Source: a virus. From it: a DNA stretch of 64,000 bases. This document shows, in pieces, positions 1-10,387 of the stretch; within the stretch, counting starts at the first letter, position 1, and each line of letters begins with the position of its first letter. The notes under the pieces were generated by a model. The model made no database searches. It was given only the letters and a program-made list of their open reading frames with translations, and was not told the DNA's origin. The position numbers were made by a program, and so were the translations under genes. The DNA lies in the IMG/VR virus record IMGVR_UViG_3300027902_000001, positions 1 through 64,000 of that record, one strand, 5' to 3'.

Positions 1-2
1 CT

Positions 3-2405
3 GCCACCGCCGCCGAGCTTGATTTTGAGCGCACGATCCTGGAAAGCAAGTACAAGGGTCTGTCGGAAACGCGCACCGCTTACGCTAAACAAGCCCTGGA
101 CATCGCCAACAACCTGACCAAGCTCACCACGTCGCCCTTTCCGGCGCGCGTCAAACAACCGGAAACCGGCGCGACGATCCTGACGACTGACGTGGCGGCC
201 TGGCGCTCCTATATCGACGCGCTACGGCAACTCTATCCAGCCGAGGTTCTGGCCAATCAGGGTCTGTATGAATCGGTACGCGCAATGGAAGCCGGCCAGG
301 CGGCGGCCATCAAGACTGCCGAAAGTATGGGTTGGACTGCCGATGCCTTCGACCTGCTGGCGCAGCAGGCGCTTGGTGCGGGCAGCGGTATCCTGGAATT
401 GGTCGATCAATTCGCCAAGTTGAGTCCCGCCGCGCGCGCCGCCATTCCAGGTCTGCAACTCCTGGGTGCGGCGATAGACGCCTTGCGCGCCCAGGCTGAA
501 AAGCCTGCCGACATCAGTGGTCTCTTTGCGGGTTACAAGGGCGCGGCAGATGCCGTCAAGGGAGCCTTGACCGATCTGAGCGGCGCGCTGACCAGCGATG
601 AACTGGTAGCCCTGAACAAGAGCATCCTCGACGAAATGCAGGCTGACTATCTGGCCTACGCCAAAGATAACGTCAATGCGTCCGGACTTGAAAACGACAT
701 CTGGATCAAGAATGAGACCGAGAAGTTCGTCGGCCCTTTGCAGTCCACGAAGGAGTATTACGACGAATCGGTGCGGATGGCACGCCAGGCGGCAACTGAT
801 ACCAAGGCGTCGGCGGCTGAAGTTACCAGCGCCATTGAAGCCGCCATCAAAAAGGGCTTGGAAGTCACGCCGGGTGACATGCTGGATACTCAAGCCGGCA
901 AGTATAAGGACAAGGCTCTGGAATCCGCTCGCCGTCTGAACGCGATCTCCGAGCGCGGCTTTGCAGAACTCAAGGCGCATCCCGATTGGGCCGCGGCGCT
1001 CAAGATTCCGCCCGAAATCTTGGCCGGCAGCGAGGCCGATCTGAAAGCCTGGGCGGCGCAAACCTCTGAGGACGTGCAGAACCTCACACGGCCCGATCTG
1101 ATCAACTGGGACGCCTTCTTGGCCAACTGGGACAAGGGTCTGCTCGACGAGGCGGCCAAAAGCTACACAATGGATAAGGCGCTCGATATGTTGGTAAAAT
1201 CGGGGCGCATTGGACCAGAAGGCAAGGCGGCCGCCAAGAAGAAGATCGAGGGGATGTTCGGCGAAGCCCCGACAGTCACGTTCAAGACTTACTTCCCGGA
1301 TGAATCCAAGATTGTCGATCCATTCCTGGCTGCGGCAGCCAAGGCAGTGCGCGATAAGGCTAAGCTGCTGGTCGAGATAGAAGCGCATGTCACCAGGACC
1401 GGCGATACGTTACCGGTTCCTTCCGGTAAGGCTCCACCCGAAGGCAGCGGTATGGAACCTCCGGTAAAATCACCACCCGTTCCACCCAAACCGGAACCCG
1501 TCAAGGTTTCCGTCCAGGCGAAACTTACGCAGACGGTTATACCGGAAGCGGATTTCTTGAAGGCATTGGGGGTTACGAGTGTCAAGGTTCCTGTTACCGT
1601 TCAACCGGCGGTACCGGCATCTGATCAGGCCGCAGCGGTCAAGGCCAACATCCAGCAAGTCATCGGCACACCAGCCGTGCAAATCGCGACCATGTTGGCG
1701 CAGCCCACCGTAGACAGCCTCTTGGCCTATCGAACTACCATTGAAGGTAACTTCGCCAGCACGCCTTTGGATATAGCATCGGCAGTCGGCTGGGATATAA
1801 CTCAAGCAGATGAATATCGTACTGGCTTAGCCTCCTATTTTAGCACTAATCCAGTAAACGTAGACACTGCCCTGGGCGGCTCGCAGAAGAACATGGACGA
1901 CTATCGCACTGGGATTGAGGAGTATTTCAAGGCCAATCCGCTGCATATCGCTGCCATCATGACTTATGGTGAGGAGCCAAAGGAACCTGAGCCAACTCCC
2001 ATACCATATGGCCCGCAGTCGTCCAATCCCCTATTTCCTCTTGCTGGCTATGGCGTTGGAATGCCACCTGTCACTTCCGGTCTCGATCTGACCAACATCG
2101 GCGTGCAGACCAATATGACTAAACCGGGGCAGGACATTGCCGGCAAGCTCTACGCTTCATTCGACTCCGCGCTCAAGACGCAAACCCCCGGCGCGCAAGC
2201 GGCGAGCTATTGGGGCGCGAGTTTCGCCACGGCTGCGCCGGTCTTCAGGGCGATTGGGGTTTCGGCTGGCGATCAGGTCGGCGATGCTTTCATCACGGCC
2301 ATCGAGACAAAGGCCGAGGGAGTTGTGCACAAGCTCGCCGAGATCATCGCGCCGGAAGTCGCGGCGATCCTGGAGAAGTCCAAACCCAAGGGGCCGTTGC
2401 CATGA
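3..2405 (+). CDS. Tail tape measure-like protein, C-terminal part (5' truncated by window edge)
   Basis: Frame is open from position 3. Long Ala-rich helical protein with YRTG/YRTT repeats near the C-terminus; precedes tail-tip genes. Confidence 0.6.
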   Translation, partial: ATAAELDFERTILESKYKGLSETRTAYAKQALDIANNLTKLTTSPFPARVKQPETGATILTTDVAAWRSYIDALRQLYPAEVLANQGLYESVRAMEAGQAAAIKTAESMGWTADAFDLLAQQALGAGSGILELVDQFAKLSPAARAAIPGLQLLGAAIDALRAQAEKPADISGLFAGYKGAADAVKGALTDLSGALTSDELVALNKSILDEMQADYLAYAKDNVNASGLENDIWIKNETEKFVGPLQSTKEYYDESVRMARQAATDTKASAAEVTSAIEAAIKKGLEVTPGDMLDTQAGKYKDKALESARRLNAISERGFAELKAHPDWAAALKIPPEILAGSEADLKAWAAQTSEDVQNLTRPDLINWDAFLANWDKGLLDEAAKSYTMDKALDMLVKSGRIGPEGKAAAKKKIEGMFGEAPTVTFKTYFPDESKIVDPFLAAAAKAVRDKAKLLVEIEAHVTRTGDTLPVPSGKAPPEGSGMEPPVKSPPVPPKPEPVKVSVQAKLTQTVIPEADFLKALGVTSVKVPVTVQPAVPASDQAAAVKANIQQVIGTPAVQIATMLAQPTVDSLLAYRTTIEGNFASTPLDIASAVGWDITQADEYRTGLASYFSTNPVNVDTALGGSQKNMDDYRTGIEEYFKANPLHIAAIMTYGEEPKEPEPTPIPYGPQSSNPLFPLAGYGVGMPPVTSGLDLTNIGVQTNMTKPGQDIAGKLYASFDSALKTQTPGAQAASYWGASFATAAPVFRAIGVSAGDQVGDAFITAIETKAEGVVHKLAEIIAPEVAAILEKSKPKGPLP

Positions 2406-2761
2406 CCTGGACACATTCATTAGGCGGCTCTCCTCTGCCGCTGCCCAAAGCCGAGGGGCCGTTCGAGATGGAGTACATCCCGTTCGGCGTGGCGCTGCGC
2501 TCGCTGAACTGCACCTATCACGTGCAACTCATGGGCGCGTACTGGCGCATTCACATCAACTGGGAGGGTTTGACCAAGGCCGAGCGCGACACGGCCTTTG
2601 CGGCATACGTGGCCTATCTGGCGGACAGAGCCGCCTACGTCATGCCGGATGGTCTGACGCTGACCGTCTGCGCCAGTCTGAATAGTTGGAATGAGAATCA
2701 CTTCTACGCCCGCGACGGCACCGTGCGTTACAACGTGTCCTTTCAGGTGGAGCAGGTCTGA
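2402..2761 (+). CDS. Putative distal tail/minor tail protein
   Basis: ATGA overlap with upstream stop (MTWTHSLGG...); position directly after the tape measure gene. Confidence 0.5.
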   Translation: MTWTHSLGGSPLPLPKAEGPFEMEYIPFGVALRSLNCTYHVQLMGAYWRIHINWEGLTKAERDTAFAAYVAYLADRAAYVMPDGLTLTVCASLNSWNENHFYARDGTVRYNVSFQVEQV

Positions 2762-4323
2762 TGCAATTTGCCAGCGCGTTTTTTATTGCGGCCTGCCAGG
2801 CGACCGGCAACCAGCCGTTGACGTACCTGGAAATCTCCTGGGATGGTATGGGTAGCATCGCCGCGGCGCGTGGCAGCGCGCACTGGACGGATGAGACAGC
2901 TTATCTGGTGGCGCACCGCGGCGCGCTGAAGATCGAGCCGCCCGGAGAGAACATGGTCATGGCGGGCGACATCGCCAATGTCACCATCGAGCTTGCCAAT
3001 ACGACGCAGCGTTTTTCCTGGCTGCGCACCGACAAACCTCTCTATGCCAACATCGGCGGCGCGGTCGGCCTAAGCGGTAAGTTGGTGCGGCTGTGGCAGG
3101 GCTTGATTGTGACAGTCGTTGATCCATTTCTGGGGCCTACGCTGGAATCGCAGTACGTTTGCATCTTCACCGGCGTCATCGCCGACTTCACGCCCGACAC
3201 CGCGGCGGGCAACGTAGAACTGGAGTGTCGCGACATTGGCTGGCTCTACTTGCAGCAAAAGGTCAGTACGGTGGCGGCCTACGACGTAGCGGTCGATGCC
3301 TGGATCGGCCAGGTCTGCGCCCTGGGCCACGCGGGCGTGATCGCGACGGGCGCTATGGACGCCGGCATCTACCCGCTGCCGTTTGCCTGGTTGGACGACG
3401 AAAGCCTGGTCGATGAAATCTGGCAGGCCGCCGAAGCAGATTGCGGCCTGGCTTACTTCGATCAACTGGGCCGGCTGCGCTTCGAGAATGCCTTGCACTG
3501 GCTGAGCCACCTGAGCAGTGTTTGGACGTTCAACGAGAGCCACTACGGCAAAGTCGTGCCCGCTATTTCGACCGACGCGGTGGCGACTAAGGTCACGGTG
3601 GAATGGAGTGGACGCGTTATCGGCAGCGAAATAGCTGTCTACACCCTGGACAATGCCAAGCGCATCATGCCAGGCGCGACGCTCACCTGGCAGGCACGTT
3701 TCTCGAATGCCGTATCCGAAATCTACGCGCCCTCGGTGGTCAAACCGTTCAACGACTACACCGCCAGCGGTTTCGGCGGCGATAACCTGACTGCCGATGT
3801 CACCGTAACACTGAGCAATATTTCCGCGCAGCAATGCACGGTCACGGTGCTCAACAACAACATCAGCAAGGTGGCGCTGATCACCTTCCTGCAACTGCGG
3901 GGCCTGCCGCTGATCGGCGGGCCGACCGAGCAGGAGTCAGCCCTGGCCGTGCCTGCGCCGTACAGCTTCGAGCGGGTGCGTTCGGTGCGCGGCAACCCCT
4001 ATGTGCAGACGCAAGCGCAGGGTCAGGCCGCCGCCGGGCTTTTGGCAGTGCGGGGCCGGCGCATTCGTCCGGTTTGGCGCTTGAGTGATGTGCCCGGTGT
4101 GCCGCAACTTGAACTGGGAGATCGCGTCAGCTTGTACGATCAGCGCAATATCGGCCCCACGCCCGCCGCGTGCATCGTCATCGGCATCAGTTGGGAAGGT
4201 AGCAAAGAGCGGGGGTTCGTCCAGGAGCTAGACCTGATTGACTACACCGACCTATGGGCGTATGACGACTACTACATCATCGGCGTGACGGCCCTGGGTA
4301 CGCATGGCCGCGCGTACTATTGA
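2761..4323 (+). CDS. Putative tail tip/baseplate hub protein
   Basis: 520 aa; IFTGVI..VELECRD, YFDQLGRLRF and PQLELGDRV motifs typical of phage tail hub proteins; translationally coupled. Confidence 0.6.
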   Translation: MQFASAFFIAACQATGNQPLTYLEISWDGMGSIAAARGSAHWTDETAYLVAHRGALKIEPPGENMVMAGDIANVTIELANTTQRFSWLRTDKPLYANIGGAVGLSGKLVRLWQGLIVTVVDPFLGPTLESQYVCIFTGVIADFTPDTAAGNVELECRDIGWLYLQQKVSTVAAYDVAVDAWIGQVCALGHAGVIATGAMDAGIYPLPFAWLDDESLVDEIWQAAEADCGLAYFDQLGRLRFENALHWLSHLSSVWTFNESHYGKVVPAISTDAVATKVTVEWSGRVIGSEIAVYTLDNAKRIMPGATLTWQARFSNAVSEIYAPSVVKPFNDYTASGFGGDNLTADVTVTLSNISAQQCTVTVLNNNISKVALITFLQLRGLPLIGGPTEQESALAVPAPYSFERVRSVRGNPYVQTQAQGQAAAGLLAVRGRRIRPVWRLSDVPGVPQLELGDRVSLYDQRNIGPTPAACIVIGISWEGSKERGFVQELDLIDYTDLWAYDDYYIIGVTALGTHGRAYY

Positions 4324-4326
4324 GGT

Positions 4327-5721
4327 ATGATGACCAGTCCTTACGGCGCATTACCGACTTTCACCCACGGCCAGGTACTTTCGGCCAGTCATTTGAACGC
4401 GCTGCAAAGCTACGTCCAGGCGCTACATGACGCGGCCTTGGGCCAGACGATGCCGTTTTTGGCCTGGCAGTGGTATGGCGATGTCCCAGTCAGCAAGTCA
4501 TGGACCGGCATTTTGCGCCACAAGTACGACAGCTTCAAGTACAAGTACGTCATCACTGACGGCTATGGCGCGTGTACGATCAAGATCAACAACGTCGCCG
4601 TAGCCACTTCCACCGGGCCGGGCACCTACACGGCGACGGTGGACATCAGTGGCTTGGGTCTAGTGGCGGGTCAGTTCTACGATGTGATCTTTGCCATCGC
4701 CAACGTCGGCTCACAGGAAGGCCACGCGTCGGTGCAGTATATGTACGAATCCTATGCGCCCGCCGTCTATACGCTGGCTAGCTTTGCCGACGAGACGATT
4801 CCGAGCGCCGCCGCTTGGAACTACCTCTGCGCCTATGCGACTGACCTGGCCAATCTGAGCACCGCGCCGCAGCCGTGTGGCTTCAAGACGACGGGCCGCT
4901 ATCAGAACATGCTGGGGTCCTGCAACCACCATGCGCGCTACCTGGCTTACAGCTTCTCGCGCACCCGACCCTATCACGACGACGGTGGCCTCTGGGCTGA
5001 TACCAAGATTTATATCAATGGCAGCCTGGCCCTGCGGCGCGTAGTTGGCGGGCCGGCCCAAGTTGGTACAGGCGAGGACTTTGACCAAAACGCAGGCGAT
5101 ACTTGCACCTGGTCGGGGCTGCTCGACCTTGACGCCCACCCAGGCGGTCTGGTCATCGGCCACGATTACGACATCATCTTGAGCAGCGACGGCGCAGGTG
5201 AAAGTTTCGGCAGTCAGCAATGGGATCACTGGTTTTACCTGTACGAGTTGCCGGAGGCTAATCCGGGCGGCTTTTTCTGGCAAACGTTTACGGCCTGGAC
5301 GCACGGCGCTTGGGTGCGCGGCAATAGTAGCGTGCCGCAGATAGTCACCATTAAGGACAATCTGGACGCCATCGCGGCCTGCTCCAATTACCGTAACTAT
5401 CCTGCGCCCACCGACAACGGCGCGGGCCTGTACGGCATACGCCGCTGGCGCTGGCTGCACTACCGCACCTATCCCCAGGACAATCGCAGTCACGCTACCG
5501 ACGACGATCCCTATGACCCCTTGCCGCCCACCGGCACACCAACCATCACGGAAAGCCCGACGCTGATCTACAACTACATGGGCAAGGAGAAGAAAGTCTC
5601 GCTTTCCGACGCCTATGAGCAGTGGCTGTGGCTCGATCTGGATAGTGTTGAGGGCCTTGACCCAGGCATCCCTTATGCGCTAGAAAACGTCAGGTACGCC
5701 TTAGAGGACGAGGTAATCTGA
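4327..5721 (+). CDS. Putative minor tail/receptor-binding protein
   Basis: 464 aa, Trp/Tyr-rich beta protein; N-terminal GQVLSASHLNAL motif common in tail fibres. Confidence 0.5.
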   Translation: MMTSPYGALPTFTHGQVLSASHLNALQSYVQALHDAALGQTMPFLAWQWYGDVPVSKSWTGILRHKYDSFKYKYVITDGYGACTIKINNVAVATSTGPGTYTATVDISGLGLVAGQFYDVIFAIANVGSQEGHASVQYMYESYAPAVYTLASFADETIPSAAAWNYLCAYATDLANLSTAPQPCGFKTTGRYQNMLGSCNHHARYLAYSFSRTRPYHDDGGLWADTKIYINGSLALRRVVGGPAQVGTGEDFDQNAGDTCTWSGLLDLDAHPGGLVIGHDYDIILSSDGAGESFGSQQWDHWFYLYELPEANPGGFFWQTFTAWTHGAWVRGNSSVPQIVTIKDNLDAIAACSNYRNYPAPTDNGAGLYGIRRWRWLHYRTYPQDNRSHATDDDPYDPLPPTGTPTITESPTLIYNYMGKEKKVSLSDAYEQWLWLDLDSVEGLDPGIPYALENVRYALEDEVI

Positions 5722-6644
5722 TGTCCAAGCGTGATCTGATCCGTCGCATTGATCTGAGGCCCACCGCCGGTAGTATCCGCGCGCCTGTCTATGGCGCGTC
5801 CGCCACCAGCAACTTCGACGACGAACAACTGGTGCGCCGCGACGGCACGCATTGGCTCTACAGCACGGCCAAGTGGCTGTGGAGCGCCGGTGCGGAAGTC
5901 ACAGGGACCTTTCGTTCCTGGGGCAGCGGCATCGTGCAGGTTTTCGGCACGCTGTTTGCAGGTCGCCAGGAAGGGCCGCGCGTCGGCATCTTTGAGCGGA
6001 CCAACGAGGACAGCGTCGCGTCGTTCGGTATGGAAGCAGTGGGTCTGGATAACGTGCCTTTCTTTGGCGTTGGCGGGTTGGATAGCGGTGATCGTGACGA
6101 CACGTGGGGCACCTTGGGCTATGAAGGCTTTCCGCGCATTCACCTGGAGACTGTTACCGGCTACGAGCGCAAGCTGCCCTTGGTCGATGTGGCCGTGCTC
6201 AACGGCGCGATCCCCGGCAGCCAGATCGACACACATACGTTGACAATTCCAGTAGTGGATTCCCTGGCGGGGCTGACGTTTAGCGAGGGCCAGCTTTTTC
6301 TGTTGCGACTGGGCGCTGATAGCGGCGCGCTCTATGCGTGGACACGGTGGGGGCCGGAACCGCAAGGCGGCTACCACCGCGCCGGACCACACAATCATCA
6401 GACCTTCGACGAGGGTGACACCTTGTCTTTGGCGGCGGCCATGACGGACGTGGCCATTACCAGTCCAACTGCCTACGACACCCTCTATTACGATGCGCCC
6501 AACAGCCGCTGGGCTAACGGCGCACGCGAAGCGGTCTACGTGGGCATGGCTGATGCGGGTGGCTACTTTGCCACCGATCAAGTTGAGTGGGGGATGCAAT
6601 ATCTAGCCAGTTGGCTACTGGATGTTGCAGGGAGAGTGCCATGA
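5721..6644 (+). CDS. Putative minor tail protein
   Basis: 307 aa, coupled to neighbouring genes in the tail operon. Confidence 0.45.
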   Translation: MSKRDLIRRIDLRPTAGSIRAPVYGASATSNFDDEQLVRRDGTHWLYSTAKWLWSAGAEVTGTFRSWGSGIVQVFGTLFAGRQEGPRVGIFERTNEDSVASFGMEAVGLDNVPFFGVGGLDSGDRDDTWGTLGYEGFPRIHLETVTGYERKLPLVDVAVLNGAIPGSQIDTHTLTIPVVDSLAGLTFSEGQLFLLRLGADSGALYAWTRWGPEPQGGYHRAGPHNHQTFDEGDTLSLAAAMTDVAITSPTAYDTLYYDAPNSRWANGAREAVYVGMADAGGYFATDQVEWGMQYLASWLLDVAGRVP

Positions 6645-9600
6645 AACGTCTACCCTTCATCATCATCGGTGTAATCGTGCTGCTGGTCGTTGTGGTTCTG
6701 GCGGTACAACCCTTGACGCGCGTACAAAGCGCGCCGGTGTATCAGGGAGCGACTGCTACGCCAACTGTTGCGCCTGGTATCTATGCGTTCAACTACTTCG
6801 ATGCAAACAGTTTAGGCAATTCTTGCTCTAGTTGGTTTGGTGTACTAACGCCCGTGCCTTTGACCGGTGGAGCCGATACTACGGGGGAGCGTGATAACTG
6901 TATAGCCGATCCACGTGGTAAACCCTGTTGGGATTGGATGTATCTTTGTAATACCTATAGTACGGATCAGGTAGTGTCCCTCACCGCTGCCGGGTATGCA
7001 ACAGGTGATGATTACGAGCTTTCGGCTATAATGGGCGCTCAGTCTATGTTTGGAGAAGCCAGTAGTTATTGGTGCACTTTCAATGAATCTATTTTGGAAA
7101 TGGCGGGTGTGCTTACGGATACTGTTCCCGTGGCAGGTAGTACAGAGCATTATGATTATCTGCAAGTATTAGTAAGTTCCGATTCATATCACAATGAAGG
7201 CATAAGTAATTGCACGGCCTCCTCTTGGCATTCTTATGCTATTGATCTGGTTGCAATTTCAACTCCTACACCCACACGTACACCCTATGGCGGGGTTACA
7301 CCTACATCTACCAGTGGCGTAGCTGTTACGGCTACGCCGACTGCTAATCCCGCCGCGCAGCCCGTCATTGTCGGCATTTTCGCCTGCCAGGGTACGCCCT
7401 GTCGGGACTGGAACCTGCGTTCCATGTGCGGCGACAATGATCTATGGGCGGATATTGCGGTGGAAGCCAATACTACTTCAGTTGCCGGTTGGCGACTGGA
7501 AATTCGGGACACCAGCGACGTATTGTACTGTCAGCGCACCTTTGCCGCTGACAATCGTATCGTCGGCTGTAAGACGACATTCCTGGACGAGATGCTTAGT
7601 GCTGTTAGTCAACCTTGCCAGGTCTGGCCGACCAGTGGCACGGTTTACCTATACGACGCCGCCAATACACTGATTGATTTTCGTGCCTACACGGCTCAGT
7701 GCGGAGTAGCTTACAAACAACGTGTCTGGACTGATCCTGGTTCGACCTGGGCCCATTTACCTGGCGCACCGGGTTGCACAACCCTGGAGAATCTTACACC
7801 TACGGCAACGTCAGTTGGCAACACGCCATCACCTACTTTTACGGCGACACGCACGCGTACACCCACACCCACGCCAACTGTCACACCCACGCCGACTGTG
7901 ACACTTACGCCAACTGTTACTCCCACGCCAACTGTCACACCCATCGGTCATACACCTTCACCTACCTTTACACCGACTGTTACGCGGACACCGACGATCA
8001 CACCGACACCTACGGCAACGCTACTGCCTGGTCAGGTTGCTGCTGGTGTAGCTTTTGTCTCCTGGACGGCTCCTGAGAGCGCAATCCCGCCGTTACGACC
8101 CACTGCCGATCCACTCTATAGTCCCGGCGCGCGTTATCCGGTGGGCCTGGAGAGTATCGAGTATCTAGATAACACTTGGGGTGATACGCCCACAGATTGT
8201 GGAGCGGTGACTTGCACGACTTATAACATTAACTGGACACCCTACGATACTGATTTGGCGGCTGCCGCAGCTTATACCGTAACTTTGGGTGATGGTTCAG
8301 TTGTCAATCAACCCTACAGTCTACCACTACCGGCTTTCTGGCTGGTCAATGGTAACTCTCAGGGCGGCAATGGCACTGTGGATCATCCTTACGGCGACCT
8401 CTATCTACCGACCTGGATGTTGAGCTATGCGCAAAAGTTTCAGTATGGTACGGATTGGTATTGGGGTATCAACTACGATAATTCAGCCTTTGTCGCACGT
8501 CTAAAAAACTACATTACGGAGGCCGGGGCGCGTTACAACGACAATGATCAAGTTGCGTTGGTGCGGGTAGCCGTGGGCGTAGATGGCGAATCGCAACCGG
8601 TCGGCCATGCTACTTGGGCTGGTGCAGGTGGTAACCAGAATGGTCTGATGTACGCGCATCAAAACGCGGTGGCTTCCTGTCCTAGTTATCAGCAGTTCGT
8701 CATTACGATGTGTGAGACAGCGAAGATAGCTTTCCCGGACAAACCTGTAGTTTGCATGGTTGGGCCATCACCTTGTTTTGGTTGGTATGGTTACGAGTGG
8801 CGTTCAATGTTATGGGAAGGTTACGACTGGTTTGCCGGTTGGCACAATGAAGATCCTGAACCAGTGATTGGTTATAGCGCCAATGCCGTTGCGCCTGATT
8901 ATCAGTTGGCTCAAGGTGCGCCTGGTTTCGATTACTCTAACTGGATGTACTACTCTAGCGCCGCCACGGTGCATAATTACGGCGATCCAGTGGCGATGGA
9001 GTGGTGGGCTAACGCCAATATCGGCGGCTACGATCCCTACCAGAGTCTATACTGGCCCTTCCTAACCGGAGCTAACTGGCATAGCAGTTTCTTGCTACCC
9101 AACTCGACCTACAATCCCTATCGCACGACTTTTGCCTGGGACGTGATTGACTACTGGCTTGGTGGTTACGAGGATCGCGGTTGGATTATCTTCCGTGACG
9201 CCGAATACCGCAACTACATCATCAATGACGGTTATCGCAATATCTCACCCGAAGGCGGGCGCGGGCCTTACGAAAACCATCTGGCAGTGTTGACACCTAC
9301 GGCCTATGATCAATACTGTTCGGCGGCTGTAATCGCAGAGGAAGCCGATAAAGCACCGGGGGCTGGCGCTACACCAGTCTGGCGACCGTGTGGCTTGGAC
9401 GGTTCACCACATTACCTGCCGACGCCCAAAGCTACGCTTCAGGCGACCACGCCGACACCGGAACCGACCCAAGATTTCAACATGATGCAGCGCCTGTTCA
9501 ACCGCCAGGCCCTGGCCGTGAGTGCGGGCGGGACGATGGGTATCAAGGCGGACGAAGCCTGGCAGTATTACGGCGAGACGCATGACATCAGCGTCACGCT

Positions 9601-9988
9601 GAGTTACCTGGACATTGGTACCGGCAACGTCACGATTTCGCTGGCGACCGGGCCGAGCACCCAGGACGACCACGTGATCGCCCTGGGCAACACCGGCTTG
9701 TGGCAGCGCGCCCGGTGGGATGTCGCCTCAGCAGCCATTGGCAATACGATCAACGTGTCAGGGCGCGGCAATTCATTCATAAAAGTTGCCAACGGAGCCG
9801 GTAGTCTGTTATACTTGCACGAGTTGTATGCCGATGTCACCAGCGGCACGCGGGGCATGATGGCACCCTACGCGTTGCCGCCCGAAGCTCCGGCTACATC
9901 AAGACTCTGGCTGCTGGTCGTAGTTGGCATAGGCGCAATCGGCGCGGGTGTGCTGATCACACGCCGGCGCAGGAGCAGCCGAGCATGA
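6641..9988 (+). CDS. Large exported, membrane-anchored protein with lamin-tail-like domain, Pro/Thr linkers and putative glycoside hydrolase (clan GH-A-like) domain
   Basis: N-terminal signal MKRLPFIIIGVIVLLVVVVLA; TPTPT linkers; DWN..D.W..I...VAGWRL (lamin-tail-like); LPTW..INYDNSAFVARLKNYITEAGARYNDND..GVDGE; C-terminal TM helix plus RRRR. Confidence 0.55.
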   Translation: MKRLPFIIIGVIVLLVVVVLAVQPLTRVQSAPVYQGATATPTVAPGIYAFNYFDANSLGNSCSSWFGVLTPVPLTGGADTTGERDNCIADPRGKPCWDWMYLCNTYSTDQVVSLTAAGYATGDDYELSAIMGAQSMFGEASSYWCTFNESILEMAGVLTDTVPVAGSTEHYDYLQVLVSSDSYHNEGISNCTASSWHSYAIDLVAISTPTPTRTPYGGVTPTSTSGVAVTATPTANPAAQPVIVGIFACQGTPCRDWNLRSMCGDNDLWADIAVEANTTSVAGWRLEIRDTSDVLYCQRTFAADNRIVGCKTTFLDEMLSAVSQPCQVWPTSGTVYLYDAANTLIDFRAYTAQCGVAYKQRVWTDPGSTWAHLPGAPGCTTLENLTPTATSVGNTPSPTFTATRTRTPTPTPTVTPTPTVTLTPTVTPTPTVTPIGHTPSPTFTPTVTRTPTITPTPTATLLPGQVAAGVAFVSWTAPESAIPPLRPTADPLYSPGARYPVGLESIEYLDNTWGDTPTDCGAVTCTTYNINWTPYDTDLAAAAAYTVTLGDGSVVNQPYSLPLPAFWLVNGNSQGGNGTVDHPYGDLYLPTWMLSYAQKFQYGTDWYWGINYDNSAFVARLKNYITEAGARYNDNDQVALVRVAVGVDGESQPVGHATWAGAGGNQNGLMYAHQNAVASCPSYQQFVITMCETAKIAFPDKPVVCMVGPSPCFGWYGYEWRSMLWEGYDWFAGWHNEDPEPVIGYSANAVAPDYQLAQGAPGFDYSNWMYYSSAATVHNYGDPVAMEWWANANIGGYDPYQSLYWPFLTGANWHSSFLLPNSTYNPYRTTFAWDVIDYWLGGYEDRGWIIFRDAEYRNYIINDGYRNISPEGGRGPYENHLAVLTPTAYDQYCSAAVIAEEADKAPGAGATPVWRPCGLDGSPHYLPTPKATLQATTPTPEPTQDFNMMQRLFNRQALAVSAGGTMGIKADEAWQYYGETHDISVTLSYLDIGTGNVTISLATGPSTQDDHVIALGNTGLWQRARWDVASAAIGNTINVSGRGNSFIKVANGAGSLLYLHELYADVTSGTRGMMAPYALPPEAPATSRLWLLVVVGIGAIGAGVLITRRRRSSRA
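7795..8020 (+). repeat. Pro/Thr-rich low-complexity linker (TPTPTVTP)
   Basis: Visible in translation and as degenerate repeats such as acgccaactgtcacaccc. Confidence 0.85.
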
Positions 9989-10018
9989 GCACGTAACTTG
10001 ATCCCAATCTAGCCAAGG

Positions 10019-10387
10019 ATGTCCGACCATATGCACACATCACGCCTGTTTCGACTGGTTCGGCTCAGTCCCCTACGATTGTATATCGGCCTGTCACTAT
10101 TGCTGGTTGGTCTGGCGCGCTCCGACGCCATACCGTTCCTGGAGTTGCGGTCATATGCGGAGCCAGCGTGGCTCTACGGGGTGCTGCAAGTGGCGGCAGG
10201 TTTGGGCTTGCTGCTGACCCTGCCGCGGCGCACCCATTGGACGGGACGGGCGGCGGGCATCCTGGCAGTTGGCGTCGCGTCCATGCTGGCGTGGGCTTTG
10301 GCTCACTTGCTTTCGACGGGCAGCGTCTTTTACGCCGTGGGGGCGGTGATGCTATTGATCTTCGAGGTGGGCACCGATGGACAATAG
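10019..10387 (+). CDS. Small multi-pass membrane protein (holin-like)
   Basis: 122 aa with about 4 hydrophobic segments at the end of the late operon. Confidence 0.5.
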   Translation: MSDHMHTSRLFRLVRLSPLRLYIGLSLLLVGLARSDAIPFLELRSYAEPAWLYGVLQVAAGLGLLLTLPRRTHWTGRAAGILAVGVASMLAWALAHLLSTGSVFYAVGAVMLLIFEVGTDGQ

